The notes beneath the pieces are model-generated. The model was not told the origin of the DNA, made no database searches, and saw only the letters and a list, made by a program, of their open reading frames with translations. A stretch of 64,000 nucleotides of DNA from a virus (lineage: Duplodnaviria > Caudoviricetes), in IMG/VR virus record IMGVR_UViG_2974556029_000001, positions 1 through 64,000 of that record; one strand, 5' to 3'. Position 1 is the stretch's first letter. Every line of letters starts with the position of its first letter. Shown here piece by piece: positions 26,017 through 36,037 of this stretch. Both the position numbers and the translations under genes were made by a program.

Positions 26017-27644
26017 CGTGGGTTCTTGAGATGACCGGGACCAGGATCTCGGACGGCGTCGCAGAGCGATTCCTGTTCGCTCTCGGCGCCGGCCTGGCCC
26101 TGAAGGACGACGACTACGTCGAGCCCGGCCTTATTGGCTGGGCCAGCCCGTCGCAGAACATCGACGTGGCCAAGACGGGGGGCGTCAGCACCAAGACCGA
26201 CGCCGGCGAGTTCACGATCTCCAACGCGCCGCCGGCGATCGACCAGCCCGGCCCGTGGGATCGCCTCCTGGACGTCGTCTGGAACGGCAAGACCGCCACG
26301 CTTTTCTGGGTTCCTGGCCAACTCTGGTCCCAGCGCGTCAAGATGGCCTGGGGCACCATGGAGCAGCCGATCGGCAGCATCCTGGGCTCTGGCTCCCAGC
26401 CGAACATCAAGTTTCCGCTGCGAGATCCGCGCGCCGCCCTGGAGGCCCCGCTCCAGCCGAAGAAGTTCCTGGGCGACAACGCCGGCCCCGTCGGCGTGGA
26501 AGGTGGGTCGGACCTTAAGGGGACGCCCAAGCCGATCCTCTACGGGACCGCGTCAAATTGCCCGGTGCCAAAGGTCAACGACGCCCTGCTGATCTACCAG
26601 GTGGCCGACAAGCCCGTGAGCGTGCTCTGCGTCCGGGACGGCGCGTCCGCCCTCACCGCCGGCGTAGTGCGTGCGAACCTGGCAAGCATGCAGGCCACGC
26701 CTCCGGGCGGCGGGAAATACGACGTCTACGCCGGCGCGGAAGGCACGTTCGTCCGGGTTGGTACGACCCCGACCTATGGGCTGGCCGTCGATGCGGCCGA
26801 GGGGGCGAACGCCGCGGCGCGCACGCACGCCAAGATCTGGAGCCGCATCCGGACCGAGCGCTGCGGCACGGCAGGCGGCGACATCAACACCTCGAGCATC
26901 ACGGCCGCCGATCTTCTCGACGCCGGCGAAGTTGGCTTCTGGTGGTCTGGCGAGACGACCCAGAGAGAGGCCGTGGACCAGGTCCTCGCCTCATTCAATG
27001 GGTTCGAGATCAACGAGGTCTCGGGTCAGTGGAAGGTCCAGAAGCTGGTGCTTCCCTCGGGCACGCCAGTGATCGAATTGGCCGTGCTCAGGCCCAACTC
27101 GGTCAAGACCGCCAAGGCGAGGTCCATGACCGCTCTTCAGCGCCTCCGCCCGGGCTACGCGCCCAACGGCGTGCCACCCTACCGTGTCACGGTCTACTGG
27201 GGCCGGAACTACAAGGTCATGAACGACGGCGAGTTCGCCGGGTACGCCAACACGCGGCTCAAGGAGAAATTCTCGACCGAGTGGAGACTCGAGCCCGCCA
27301 CGAACGCCACGGTCTGGAACCCGGACACCGGCGCCGGTCTGTGGCCAAACGCCCCGGAGCTGACGGTCGAGTCCAGCTATATCCCTGGTCCTGACGGCCT
27401 GACGTGCCCGGCCGCGACCGCTGAGGCCGCCCGACTTCTGGCCATGTACTCGACCCTCCGCGGGCAATATCAGGTCTCCTTCAACCCGCGTGTCGAGGAT
27501 AGGGTGCAGCCGGGCGACGTCGTGAAGCTCACGCACGCCAGCATGGGCCTATCGGGCGGCAAGCTCTTCGTCGTCCTGCAGGCGGGTCTTCTGGTAGGGT
27601 CGAAGGGGTCGGAGATGGATCTGGTCGTGGGGCTCGAGGCATGA
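26013..27644 (+). CDS. Tail/baseplate hub-like protein
   Basis: Directly after the tape measure; GGSDLKGTPKPILYG...P.VN...LIYQV. Confidence 0.7.
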   Translation: MTWVLEMTGTRISDGVAERFLFALGAGLALKDDDYVEPGLIGWASPSQNIDVAKTGGVSTKTDAGEFTISNAPPAIDQPGPWDRLLDVVWNGKTATLFWVPGQLWSQRVKMAWGTMEQPIGSILGSGSQPNIKFPLRDPRAALEAPLQPKKFLGDNAGPVGVEGGSDLKGTPKPILYGTASNCPVPKVNDALLIYQVADKPVSVLCVRDGASALTAGVVRANLASMQATPPGGGKYDVYAGAEGTFVRVGTTPTYGLAVDAAEGANAAARTHAKIWSRIRTERCGTAGGDINTSSITAADLLDAGEVGFWWSGETTQREAVDQVLASFNGFEINEVSGQWKVQKLVLPSGTPVIELAVLRPNSVKTAKARSMTALQRLRPGYAPNGVPPYRVTVYWGRNYKVMNDGEFAGYANTRLKEKFSTEWRLEPATNATVWNPDTGAGLWPNAPELTVESSYIPGPDGLTCPAATAEAARLLAMYSTLRGQYQVSFNPRVEDRVQPGDVVKLTHASMGLSGGKLFVVLQAGLLVGSKGSEMDLVVGLEA

Positions 27645-28435
27645 TCGGTGGCGTCGGCTTTCCCTCATACAGGTCGTTGTTCACGACCTCGTCCAACGGC
27701 GTGGCTACCCATGTCGATTTTCCGGCCGCCAACATGGCTGATCTGGCCGAGCCGAACCGTCCGGCAGTCGCTGCTGCTCCGGGGTCCTTCACGGCCCGCA
27801 TCGACCTCTCCGCCCCGCGCGCGATCGCGTTCCTCGCCCTGGTCAACCACAACGTCCTGGACGGCACGATCCGGGTTCGCGCATGGGCGGGAACGAACAT
27901 CGCCGGTGCGCCGGACTACGACTCAACCGCCATCCCGTTCTGGCCGGCCGGCAGCGGTCCGATCGCGCCATACATCTGGACCAGGCCGATCCTGCTCTCC
28001 GAGCCGGTGACTGCGCAGACCGTGCTGATCGATATCGAACCTGTCACGTCCACCACGGTGTCGATCGGCGCGGTCGAGGCGTCGGCCTGGTGGGAGTGGC
28101 CAGACATCATGGTCGAGGAGGAGCGCGGCTTTGCCCCGACCTCCATCATGTCGCAGCTCCCAGGCGGCATTGACGAAGTGACGCGCCAGTGGGCGCCGAG
28201 GATCCAGTCCGGCACCAGGACCGCCCTGACGGCCGACGAGCTCCAAACGACCGCCCTGGACTTCCAGAGGATCATGGGCCGGTCCAAGCCTTTCGTGTTC
28301 GTCCGCGACCTCGAGGACGCCTCCCGCTGGGCGCGCGAGGTATTTTTGGCTACGAACGCTGATCTGCCCCTGGTCACGATCGACGACACGGAAACCGGGG
28401 CCTTCCCCTATCGCCTGCGCGAGCACATCGGATGA
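27641..28435 (+). CDS. Distal tail-like protein, paralog A
   Basis: Aligns along its length with 28432-29223. Confidence 0.65.
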   Translation: MIGGVGFPSYRSLFTTSSNGVATHVDFPAANMADLAEPNRPAVAAAPGSFTARIDLSAPRAIAFLALVNHNVLDGTIRVRAWAGTNIAGAPDYDSTAIPFWPAGSGPIAPYIWTRPILLSEPVTAQTVLIDIEPVTSTTVSIGAVEASAWWEWPDIMVEEERGFAPTSIMSQLPGGIDEVTRQWAPRIQSGTRTALTADELQTTALDFQRIMGRSKPFVFVRDLEDASRWAREVFLATNADLPLVTIDDTETGAFPYRLREHIG

Positions 28436-29223
28436 AGACGGGCCTCGCCTTTCCCTCCTACATGCCGGACGCCTCCAGCGTTACGAGCAACGGCGTCTCG
28501 ACGGCCGCCAGCTACCCGGCAGCGAACATGGCCAGCCTGAAGTCGCCAACCAAGGTTGCGCGCGCGGCGGCGGCCGGCTCCTTCCAGGCCAGGGTAAACC
28601 TGATCGGCCCCAGGCCAGTGCAGTTCATGGCGGCCGTGAACCACAACCTGATCGACGGCACCATTCGCTTTCAGGGATGGGCCGGCGCGAGTGTTGCCGG
28701 CGCTCCTGACTACGACAGCGGGATCTTGCCCGTCTGGCCTTCCGCTGGTCCGGTCGAAACCTATCCGGCGATCCGCCCCTTGGTCCTGGACGCCCCCGTC
28801 TCCCTTCAAACCGTGATAATCACCCTCACGCCGTCTTCGGCTACGGTGGTTGAGGTCGGCGCGGTGGAAGTCGCGGCCTGGTGGGAATGGATCGGGATCT
28901 CGAGCCGTGACGCTGGGGTGAACCCGCGCCAGGAGGACATCAATCTGGTCGGCGGCGCGGTCTCGACGGCCGATGCGTGGTCACCTCGAGTCCTCAATGG
29001 TCGCCTGGACTTCATGAAGGTGGGCCCAAGGACCGAACAGGTCCATGACTTCCAGATCGCCAGCGATCTTAACGTGCCCTTCGTGTTCTGCCTGGACGCT
29101 GACGATCCTGCCTCCTGGACCAGGACCTCTTACGTGGCCCGCAACCAGGAGCTTCCGCCGCTGGTCGGGGCGCTGTATCGCCACGACGCCTTCAATTTCC
29201 GCTTCGTCGAGCACTGGAGATAG
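28432..29223 (+). CDS. Distal tail-like protein, paralog B
   Basis: Shares FPSY...SNGV...PAANMA...VNHN..DGTIR...AGAPDYDS...VEAxAWWEW with the upstream gene. Confidence 0.65.
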   Translation: MKTGLAFPSYMPDASSVTSNGVSTAASYPAANMASLKSPTKVARAAAAGSFQARVNLIGPRPVQFMAAVNHNLIDGTIRFQGWAGASVAGAPDYDSGILPVWPSAGPVETYPAIRPLVLDAPVSLQTVIITLTPSSATVVEVGAVEVAAWWEWIGISSRDAGVNPRQEDINLVGGAVSTADAWSPRVLNGRLDFMKVGPRTEQVHDFQIASDLNVPFVFCLDADDPASWTRTSYVARNQELPPLVGALYRHDAFNFRFVEHWR

Positions 29224-29225
29224 GC

Positions 29226-30740
29226 GTGCTTGCTGACTGCCTTGCCCCAGAAATCTTCGAACCGTCGGAAGCGAGCCTGACGGTTCCGAACGTCACGGTC
29301 ACGGGGAAGACCCTGACCAAGGATGGCGTGAAGGTGCCGGCGCTGCAGGCGGCATGGTCTCCCGTCACCAACCCGTATGTGACCGACGTCGAGTTCCAGT
29401 TCACGCCGTCCGACGGTAGCTCCGGCGCCCTCTCTTCGAAGTCGCGGGCCGACGCCCTGTCGTGGAGCGACCTGCGGGTCGTGGCCGGCCAGGAATACAG
29501 CATCAGGTGGCGCGCGGTCGGCGCGAACAAGGTCGGCCTCTGGTCGGCGCCTGTCCTGCGCACGCCGCCGGCGACCCTTGTCTCGACCGACACGATTACG
29601 GTCGGCGGCCGCGACGCCAAGCAGATCCTCAAGGACATGGACATCAATGCCGCGGCGATCATCCGCGAGGCGATGACCCAGGTCGACACGAGGGCCTATC
29701 TCGACGCCCTGGCCTATATCGACGGCGCGCCGGTCGGCTCGGTCGTGGTGCACGAGATCACGCGGACCGACGACCTGGTCGAGACGATCGACATCATCGG
29801 CGTCAAGACGCCGGACCGCACCGCCTTCATCCTCAACACGGACCTGGTCTACACCAGCGGCACCAAGACGCTGGCGCAGACCTTCACCGATATCCGCGTC
29901 GAGGCGCAGACCAACCTCGCGGCCGCCGTCACGACCATCAACCAGGCGATTATCGACGGCGACTATCTGCTGGCCCAGCAGATCAACACTGTGGCTGTGC
30001 AGGCGAACAACAACCTTTCAGCCGCGGTCAGCACGCTGAACCAGGCTATCATCAACGGCGACAACGCCGTGGCCAGCCAGGTGACGAGCGTCCAGACGAC
30101 GGTGAACGGCCACACGTCTCAGATCTCGTCCTTGTTCTCGTCGATCAACGGGATCCGGGCCGAGGCCGTGCTCTCGCTGAACGTGGACGGCCACATCACT
30201 GGCTGGTCCCTGATCAACGACGGGAATTCCGGTTCGTTCGTCGTGGTGGCGGACGAGTTCGGCTTCGTTGACCCGGGCGGCGGGTCGCCTACCTTCCCGA
30301 TCAGCTATTCCGGCGGCCTGCTCCGGATGCTGAACGTCGCGATCGATACCTTGGTGGTGGGCTCGGTCACGACGTCGGCTATCGGCTACAACGCCGTCAC
30401 CGTGCCATCGATCGCCTCGGCCAGTTGGACGATGAGCGGAAGCGGGTTCTTCCAGAGCATCCTGTCCACGACGGTGTCTCTGACCCAGGCCGGCTGGGTG
30501 CGCGCCACCGCGGCTATCGCCCAGCACTTCCCGTCCGGGGACAGGAACTGGGAGTTCCGCCTCTACATCAACTATTCCATGGCGTTTGATTGCTACGGCG
30601 CGAACGGCCAGGACAGCATCGCGCTGAGCGGCGCAGTCTATTGCGGCGCCGGAGCTATTCCGGTCGAGATCCAATGGAGCGCCCACAGCTCGGTCACGAT
30701 CGACTATCGAACCTGCGAAGCCCTTGGAGTGATGCGATGA
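29226..30740 (+). CDS. Tail tip / central fibre (gpJ C-terminal-like, FN3 plus DUF1983-like)
   Basis: FN3-like EYSIRWRAVGANKVGLWS, coiled-coil repeats, LSLNVDGHITGW...FVVVADEFGFVDP. Confidence 0.8.
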   Translation: MLADCLAPEIFEPSEASLTVPNVTVTGKTLTKDGVKVPALQAAWSPVTNPYVTDVEFQFTPSDGSSGALSSKSRADALSWSDLRVVAGQEYSIRWRAVGANKVGLWSAPVLRTPPATLVSTDTITVGGRDAKQILKDMDINAAAIIREAMTQVDTRAYLDALAYIDGAPVGSVVVHEITRTDDLVETIDIIGVKTPDRTAFILNTDLVYTSGTKTLAQTFTDIRVEAQTNLAAAVTTINQAIIDGDYLLAQQINTVAVQANNNLSAAVSTLNQAIINGDNAVASQVTSVQTTVNGHTSQISSLFSSINGIRAEAVLSLNVDGHITGWSLINDGNSGSFVVVADEFGFVDPGGGSPTFPISYSGGLLRMLNVAIDTLVVGSVTTSAIGYNAVTVPSIASASWTMSGSGFFQSILSTTVSLTQAGWVRATAAIAQHFPSGDRNWEFRLYINYSMAFDCYGANGQDSIALSGAVYCGAGAIPVEIQWSAHSSVTIDYRTCEALGVMR

Positions 30741-30928
30741 TCACCGCCCTGATTTATGAACCCAAGCCTGACGATCCGAAATCTGGCAGGATCATCCAGA
30801 CGGTGCAGGCCTACGACATGTCGGCCGAACCGCGGCCGTGGGTTCCGGCTCCTGACAACGAGTACCGGATCGACTGGGATCGGACCCACAAGATCGTCAA
30901 CGAAGAAGTCCTACCTATCGAGGAATAA
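30737..30928 (+). CDS. Small tail-associated protein
   Basis: ATGA overlap; 63 aa. Confidence 0.55.
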   Translation: MITALIYEPKPDDPKSGRIIQTVQAYDMSAEPRPWVPAPDNEYRIDWDRTHKIVNEEVLPIEE

Positions 30929-30934
30929 CCCCAC

Positions 30935-31225
30935 ATGGCACGAGACGCTAACCAGGTCATCAGCGAGCTGCAGCAGGAAGAGATCGCTCTTCGCGCCCAG
31001 ATCCATTTCCAGCAAGAGAACATCACCGCCTGCGAAAAAAGGATCCTCGAGATCCGCAACCAGGTGGCTGGGATCAAGGTCGGCTTGCAACATGAGGCCG
31101 CCGTGGAGCAAGGTCCTGGATCTAAGCCGCCAACGGATGCAGAAACCCCTCCTCCGCCCCCGGCCACCGCGCCGGCCACGAAACCCAAGCCAGCCCCCGC
31201 TGCTGAGCCGCCCAAGGACGCCTAG
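30935..31225 (+). CDS. Small coiled-coil protein with Pro-rich tail
   Basis: 96 aa, phage codon usage. Confidence 0.6.
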   Translation: MARDANQVISELQQEEIALRAQIHFQQENITACEKRILEIRNQVAGIKVGLQHEAAVEQGPGSKPPTDAETPPPPPATAPATKPKPAPAAEPPKDA

Positions 31226-31227
31226 CG

Positions 31228-32211
31228 ATGAGCATCTCGAACGAGGCCTTCTTCACTGGAATGGCTGACGTCGTTGTTCGGATTGCCGGCGGCACTACTA
31301 CCCCATCCGACGGCATTATCGAATTGACCGACCTGGCCACTGAATGGACTGGCCTCGTTCCAGAGGACGGTATCGGACCTGCGGTCGCCGCCAAGGTCAC
31401 ACGCTTCACCGATCTGGCCGCTACTCGAGATGGAGATATCTCGGCCTGGGCTCAGGGGACGGCAGATGCTGTCATCACCTCGCCAGCCGGCCAGCCAGCA
31501 CCTGGCTATTACCCCATCCGAATCCAAGGTGGTGCAACGGTATGGATCCCATCCCCCCTTCACATCATCGGGGCTACGCTTCGAGGGTACAAGGGATGGA
31601 GCCCGGTTCTAATCTCTATTCAAGACGGAACAAGGCGAGTCCTTCGGGTCATCGACTGGGTCGGAGGAGAAGGGACGAAGCCCGCCACAGGCTATGTCGG
31701 TTCCGGCGGCCTTGTGGCGAATGTCGCTGACGGTGTCGACTTCTTCTCGTCTATCACAACCCAGATTACAGCTATCAATGCGGCTGCTGCCGCCGCCGCC
31801 GCGAGCGAGGCCGCCGCAGCAGCTTCGGCGGCATCCGCTCTCACATCGAAAAACGCGGCGGCGACGAGTGAAACAGCCGCGTCAGGATCGGCGGCTGCGG
31901 CGGCAGCATCCCAAGCCGACGCATCAGCAAGCAAGACAGCCGCCGCCGCGAGCGCTACGGCGGCGGCTGGGTCGGCGTCGGCGGCGGCGGCGGATAGAAC
32001 GGCCGTGGCGGCGGACAAAGCCACTGTCGCAGCGGACAAGACAGCCGCCGCCGCGAGCGCTACGGCCGCCGCCGAGAGCGAAGCCGCCGCCGCCGCGTCC
32101 GCTACCGATGCGGCTGAAACCGTAGCCGAGACACAGTCGGCCTTGGTCCAGTTGGCGACCTCGCTTATTCAGACTCAAACGATCGTCGTCGAGCACCACG
32201 CTTTCGCATAG
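31228..32211 (+). CDS. Tail fibre / adaptor with Ala-rich repeats
   Basis: Stf-like AAASA repeats; C-terminal LATSLIQTQTIVVEHHAFA. Confidence 0.7.
   Translation: MSISNEAFFTGMADVVVRIAGGTTTPSDGIIELTDLATEWTGLVPEDGIGPAVAAKVTRFTDLAATRDGDISAWAQGTADAVITSPAGQPAPGYYPIRIQGGATVWIPSPLHIIGATLRGYKGWSPVLISIQDGTRRVLRVIDWVGGEGTKPATGYVGSGGLVANVADGVDFFSSITTQITAINAAAAAAAASEAAAAASAASALTSKNAAATSETAASGSAAAAAASQADASASKTAAAASATAAAGSASAAAADRTAVAADKATVAADKTAAAASATAAAESEAAAAASATDAAETVAETQSALVQLATSLIQTQTIVVEHHAFA
31931..32066 (+). repeat. Direct repeat CAAGACAGCCGCCGCCGCGAGCGCTACGGC (two copies) in the fibre gene
   Basis: Copies near 31931 and 32037, encoding KTAAAASATA. Confidence 0.7.
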
Positions 32212-32226
32212 GAAGGATTTCCCGCG

Positions 32227-34392
32227 ATGTCTCTCGAATCCGAAGTCGCCGCCCTGACTACCGCGACAACCGCTCTCCTGGGCGCGGTAAACGTGGCGAA
32301 AGAGACGCTAGACGGATCTGTTGACGAAGCCGCCGCAAGCGCCATGGCGGCGGCCAGTAGCGAAACCATCGCTGGAAATCAGCGCGCGCTCGCAGAGACG
32401 GCAAGGGCCGGCGCCGAGCTCGCCCAGGACGCGGCCGAGGGATTGGTCGCGACGGCGCTCGCCGGGGCCCAGGATTTGGGCCATCGTAACGCCTGGGCCG
32501 CTACGAATATCCCGTCGATATACAACGCCGTTCGGACGACAGGATTCTATGCTCACGGCGACGGCGGCGGGGCGCTCTACAAGAAGGTTGTCGCCGAACC
32601 ATCTCATCCGCTTAAATTCCAAAGTGCTGACGGGGCATGGTGGGAACATGCGGAGTTCATCGTCAACGTCCGCGCCGCTGGCGCGAAGATCGACGATCTA
32701 ACGGACGACACGCAAGCTTGGAAAGACGCCCTTTCTGTTGGCCGTCCCGTCTACCATCCGGGCGGGGTTTCGCGGGTTTCGGCGCAACTCGTCTATGGCC
32801 CGTTCTCTATCTTTGGCCCCCCTTCCAATGGCCGCGACACGTCGAGCGATCGCGCTATCATTAAGATGATGAAGGGAGGCGTTACTCCCTTTGCAAGCAA
32901 CTATCAAATTAATGTGCTCGACGTCGGGATTTCATTCGGCGACACCGGGACGACGCCGATCGACAATCTCGTCTATGGTAAGGCCTATAAAGTAACCGGA
33001 TCTATAGCCGTGTCTGGGGCTGATATCGTCCTGACAGTTCCGGCTGGCGGCCTAATAGCAAATACGAGCGTAGGATCTACGGTTGTTGTTCCGGCCGACG
33101 TCTCCACTAAGGACTTTGACTATTATGCGAATAACTACACAGACATAAACAGCATTTGCATTATAAAAGAAATTGTGTCTGACACCCAGGCTAAGTTGTT
33201 CGCGCCTGCCGGAATGGCTGTTTCATCGCAATCGATCTACATTCGAGGAAACGGCTATGCGTCTGTTTGGACGGGAAGTTATCAGCCGAGCCGCGTGACT
33301 ATCCGTCGCCCTTTCTTCAGCAAGGTTCCTGGGTTCGGGATCGTTCTCACGGGAGCGCAACAGGTCGACATTGATCAGGTTTGGGGCGGCGGACACTTGT
33401 TCGCCGTCGGCGCGTTCCCGGAGAGTACGCAAGACCGCCTTAATGTTGGCGGCACGTATCACCATGTACGAATTAATTCGGTTATGAACTTCGAATACTC
33501 CGGAGGGGTTATTCTCTCTTCTGGTCTTACGGACTCATACATCAAACAATGTCAGGCCGATCTAAACGGGCCTGAGGCGAGCGGGGCAAAGAACACATAT
33601 TTCGCTTCTCCGAAAGCTCAATATGTGACTTACGCGGCGAAGGATTTGGAGTTTAAAGGCAATACCGCCGAAGACATGAACTCACCGTTCGGGTTCTTTT
33701 TCTATTCGTGCGGATATCTCGACGTTGATGATCTTCACGGTCACGACGTCGTTAACACGCTCGTCATGTACCAAGCGTGTTACAACACCAAAGAGGGCTT
33801 CATTCGTGCGACGGGGACTAGCGCAGGACTCCGCACGTTCACAGGTGCAAACAACACCTCGTCGTTCGAGCTTCTGAGCCTCGCAGGCGGTCGAGATCTC
33901 GCGGGCCAATACCTATATCGCAACGGGACGCACGGGAACTTCTCCAGGTTCCTCAACACGCGGGATTTCGAGATCATCAAGAAAACGCTTCCAGCGGCGA
34001 CTCTGAAAGCTCACACCGGGAGCCAGTACGACTGGAACCTAAACCTCGCAGATTACGGCGGATATGCCGACACGACGGTCAATATAATCGAGAACATTCT
34101 CTTCGATCATACGTCGCCCTGGTCTTCGTCTGGTGGAACGCCTGTCCTGAGGATCGGCAATTCGACAGACACGACTGCGGTAAGCGGCGACCTAAATCTT
34201 ACGCAAGCCGCTGGCTATTATATGAACGGGAAGAACACTGCGATAAGACCGATCGCCATGGTCGCGGGCGCCGGTGGTACGGGATCTCTACTAATTAGGA
34301 TCTTCTCCGGCGGCGGGATCGCCATGAATAATGCTGGGTTCGTCCCGCAAGATCTGAACGTCTATTATTTTGTTCGTAGAGCGCGTGTCTAG
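32227..34392 (+). CDS. Tailspike / polysaccharide depolymerase (beta-helix)
   Basis: N-terminal adaptor MSLESEVAALT..., GDGGGALY and VNVRAAGAKIDDLTDDTQAW motifs; body visibly AT-richer than the rest of the window. Confidence 0.8.
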   Translation: MSLESEVAALTTATTALLGAVNVAKETLDGSVDEAAASAMAAASSETIAGNQRALAETARAGAELAQDAAEGLVATALAGAQDLGHRNAWAATNIPSIYNAVRTTGFYAHGDGGGALYKKVVAEPSHPLKFQSADGAWWEHAEFIVNVRAAGAKIDDLTDDTQAWKDALSVGRPVYHPGGVSRVSAQLVYGPFSIFGPPSNGRDTSSDRAIIKMMKGGVTPFASNYQINVLDVGISFGDTGTTPIDNLVYGKAYKVTGSIAVSGADIVLTVPAGGLIANTSVGSTVVVPADVSTKDFDYYANNYTDINSICIIKEIVSDTQAKLFAPAGMAVSSQSIYIRGNGYASVWTGSYQPSRVTIRRPFFSKVPGFGIVLTGAQQVDIDQVWGGGHLFAVGAFPESTQDRLNVGGTYHHVRINSVMNFEYSGGVILSSGLTDSYIKQCQADLNGPEASGAKNTYFASPKAQYVTYAAKDLEFKGNTAEDMNSPFGFFFYSCGYLDVDDLHGHDVVNTLVMYQACYNTKEGFIRATGTSAGLRTFTGANNTSSFELLSLAGGRDLAGQYLYRNGTHGNFSRFLNTRDFEIIKKTLPAATLKAHTGSQYDWNLNLADYGGYADTTVNIIENILFDHTSPWSSSGGTPVLRIGNSTDTTAVSGDLNLTQAAGYYMNGKNTAIRPIAMVAGAGGTGSLLIRIFSGGGIAMNNAGFVPQDLNVYYFVRRARV

Positions 34393-34739
34393 CGCGGCCA
34401 TTCGGTATCGGGCGGGAGCCAAATATAGGGCCCCGCCTGATCGGCCCTATAGGTCCATGGCGTGAGGTTGTCGAAGGCAAGACCGTTCGCCTCGGCGATG
34501 CGGTGAGGCTGGCCTGATCTCTTAATGATCACCACTCGCGTGCGGACCGAATAGCCATAGGAAGCCAGGCGCGATGCCTTGCGCTCGGCGTAGCAATCGC
34601 AATCGGCAGTAGGATTTTCCGGGACTTCCGGACAAGGAAGACCGGCGATCCTCAGTTTGTCTATTTCCCGGTTTATGGAGACGTTGAGGGCGTCTAGACA
34701 GCGAACTTCGGCGGCTGGTGCTAGGTCGAAACAAGTCAT
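34389..34739 (-). CDS. BTLCP/LapG-like transglutaminase-like cysteine protease (antisense moron)
   Basis: ADCDCYAERKASRL...PHRIAE...AFDNLTPW resembles GDCEDYA..K...H...LDNL; start uncertain. Confidence 0.55.
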   Translation of the reverse strand: MTCFDLAPAAEVRCLDALNVSINREIDKLRIAGLPCPEVPENPTADCDCYAERKASRLASYGYSVRTRVVIIKRSGQPHRIAEANGLAFDNLTPWTYRADQAGPYIWLPPDTEWPR

Positions 34740-34863
34740 GGGTGGGTTCCTTGGCGAAGGTTTCTTATTTGCCCAGCTATGTAAGCAGCCGTCAAAGCTG
34801 ATAGGTTTCTTATGGCGAGCCGCCAATATCAGGTAGCCGCCCTTCTTTTTAGGGGATGCGCCG

Positions 34864-35190
34864 ATGCTTTGGATGTGGGGGATAGCCGGCGCCTTCGTGT
34901 ATGCCGTCAACGCCCTGATCCTGGCGTTGTGGAATGATGGGAGCAGCTCTCTAGCCAGGCATAGGGCGATCGCCGAATTCGCCGCAGCGCTGATCACCGG
35001 CGCCATCTTCGCCGAGGGTTTCGCGTCGGGATTGCAGGCGTGGGTCGTAAAATTGGTCGCCGTCGACCATAGGGCAGTTGCTTTGACCATCGGATGGGCG
35101 TCGAACTACATCTGGCCCAAGTTGCTGCGCAAGCTAGGTGAAGGCGTGGACAAGATCCCGGCCGACAAGATGAAGGGTCCATTCCAATGA
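34864..35190 (+). CDS. Holin-like membrane protein
   Basis: About three TM segments, first gene of the lysis block. Confidence 0.55.
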   Translation: MLWMWGIAGAFVYAVNALILALWNDGSSSLARHRAIAEFAAALITGAIFAEGFASGLQAWVVKLVAVDHRAVALTIGWASNYIWPKLLRKLGEGVDKIPADKMKGPFQ

Positions 35191-35645
35191 TCGTCTCGGT
35201 TCTCGCCGGCGTCCTGATCCTGCTGTCCGCTACATTCCTAGGCGTCGCCGAGAAGGCGTTGGGGCCGGACATCAGTCGATTCCCCTGCATCAACGAGCCG
35301 ATGCGCTGGGTGCTTCGGGTCTACACCCTGGCGCTATTCATCAGGTCGGTCGTGATCCTGACCAGCCTGACCGGGCCAAATCCGCGCCTGGTGCCCTGGG
35401 ACCTGGTCTTCTGCGCAGCGATGATGTGCGCGGCCCACGGCGTCCTCCTGAAGGCAATCTTGGAGCAGCGCCTACCGTCTGGCCTCTGGATGCGCCTCCA
35501 GGCCCGCCAGGACCGCGTGAGGCGTCTGGCGCAGGGGTATGGTTCCCAAGGGCAGGCTTTGGCCGCTCTGGCCGCTGAGGGTGTGCGTGTAATAGCGCCC
35601 GGCGAGGGCCCCGAGGCCGTCCAAGAGGCGGTCGTCTTGCACTAG
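35187..35645 (+). CDS. Membrane protein (lysis block)
   Basis: About three TM segments; ATGA overlap. Confidence 0.55.
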   Translation: MIVSVLAGVLILLSATFLGVAEKALGPDISRFPCINEPMRWVLRVYTLALFIRSVVILTSLTGPNPRLVPWDLVFCAAMMCAAHGVLLKAILEQRLPSGLWMRLQARQDRVRRLAQGYGSQGQALAALAAEGVRVIAPGEGPEAVQEAVVLH

Positions 35646-35657
35646 AGCTCCTTTGAG

Positions 35658-36011
35658 ATGACTATCGCCCCAGCAACAAAGGGGGCGATCATGGCTTCAG
35701 CCGCAAAATTCATGATGTCGATGCTGACCGGGCCGGACGGCGAGAGCGTTGCGCCTGGTCGCGTCATGGCCTGCATCCTGTTCATCGTCGGCCAGTTCGT
35801 CACGATCTACGTCGTCTTCAAGCTCGGTCCGAAGGCGATCGTCTCCGACTGGGCCCTGGCGCTGCAGTCGCTCGCTCTCTGGGAGGGCGCTATCTGCGGC
35901 GGCGCGACGGGACTGATCCTGGGCACCGCGCCCACCGACGCCGGCGGCAAGTGGTGGGGCAAGGACGCCAGCCCTCCTCCGCCGCCCGTACCCCCGGTGA
36001 AGGAGGTCTGA
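35658..36011 (+). CDS. Holin-like membrane protein
   Basis: Two TM segments, directly before the endolysin. Confidence 0.55.
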   Translation: MTIAPATKGAIMASAAKFMMSMLTGPDGESVAPGRVMACILFIVGQFVTIYVVFKLGPKAIVSDWALALQSLALWEGAICGGATGLILGTAPTDAGGKWWGKDASPPPPPVPPVKEV

Positions 36012-36037
36012 TCCTTCACCTCTTCTAGGAGCCCCAC

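Noticed and set aside
31780-32130. CRISPR-like or DGR repeat array
   Set aside because: Repeats are in-frame Ala-rich coding repeats with no spacers; no cas or reverse transcriptase gene in the window
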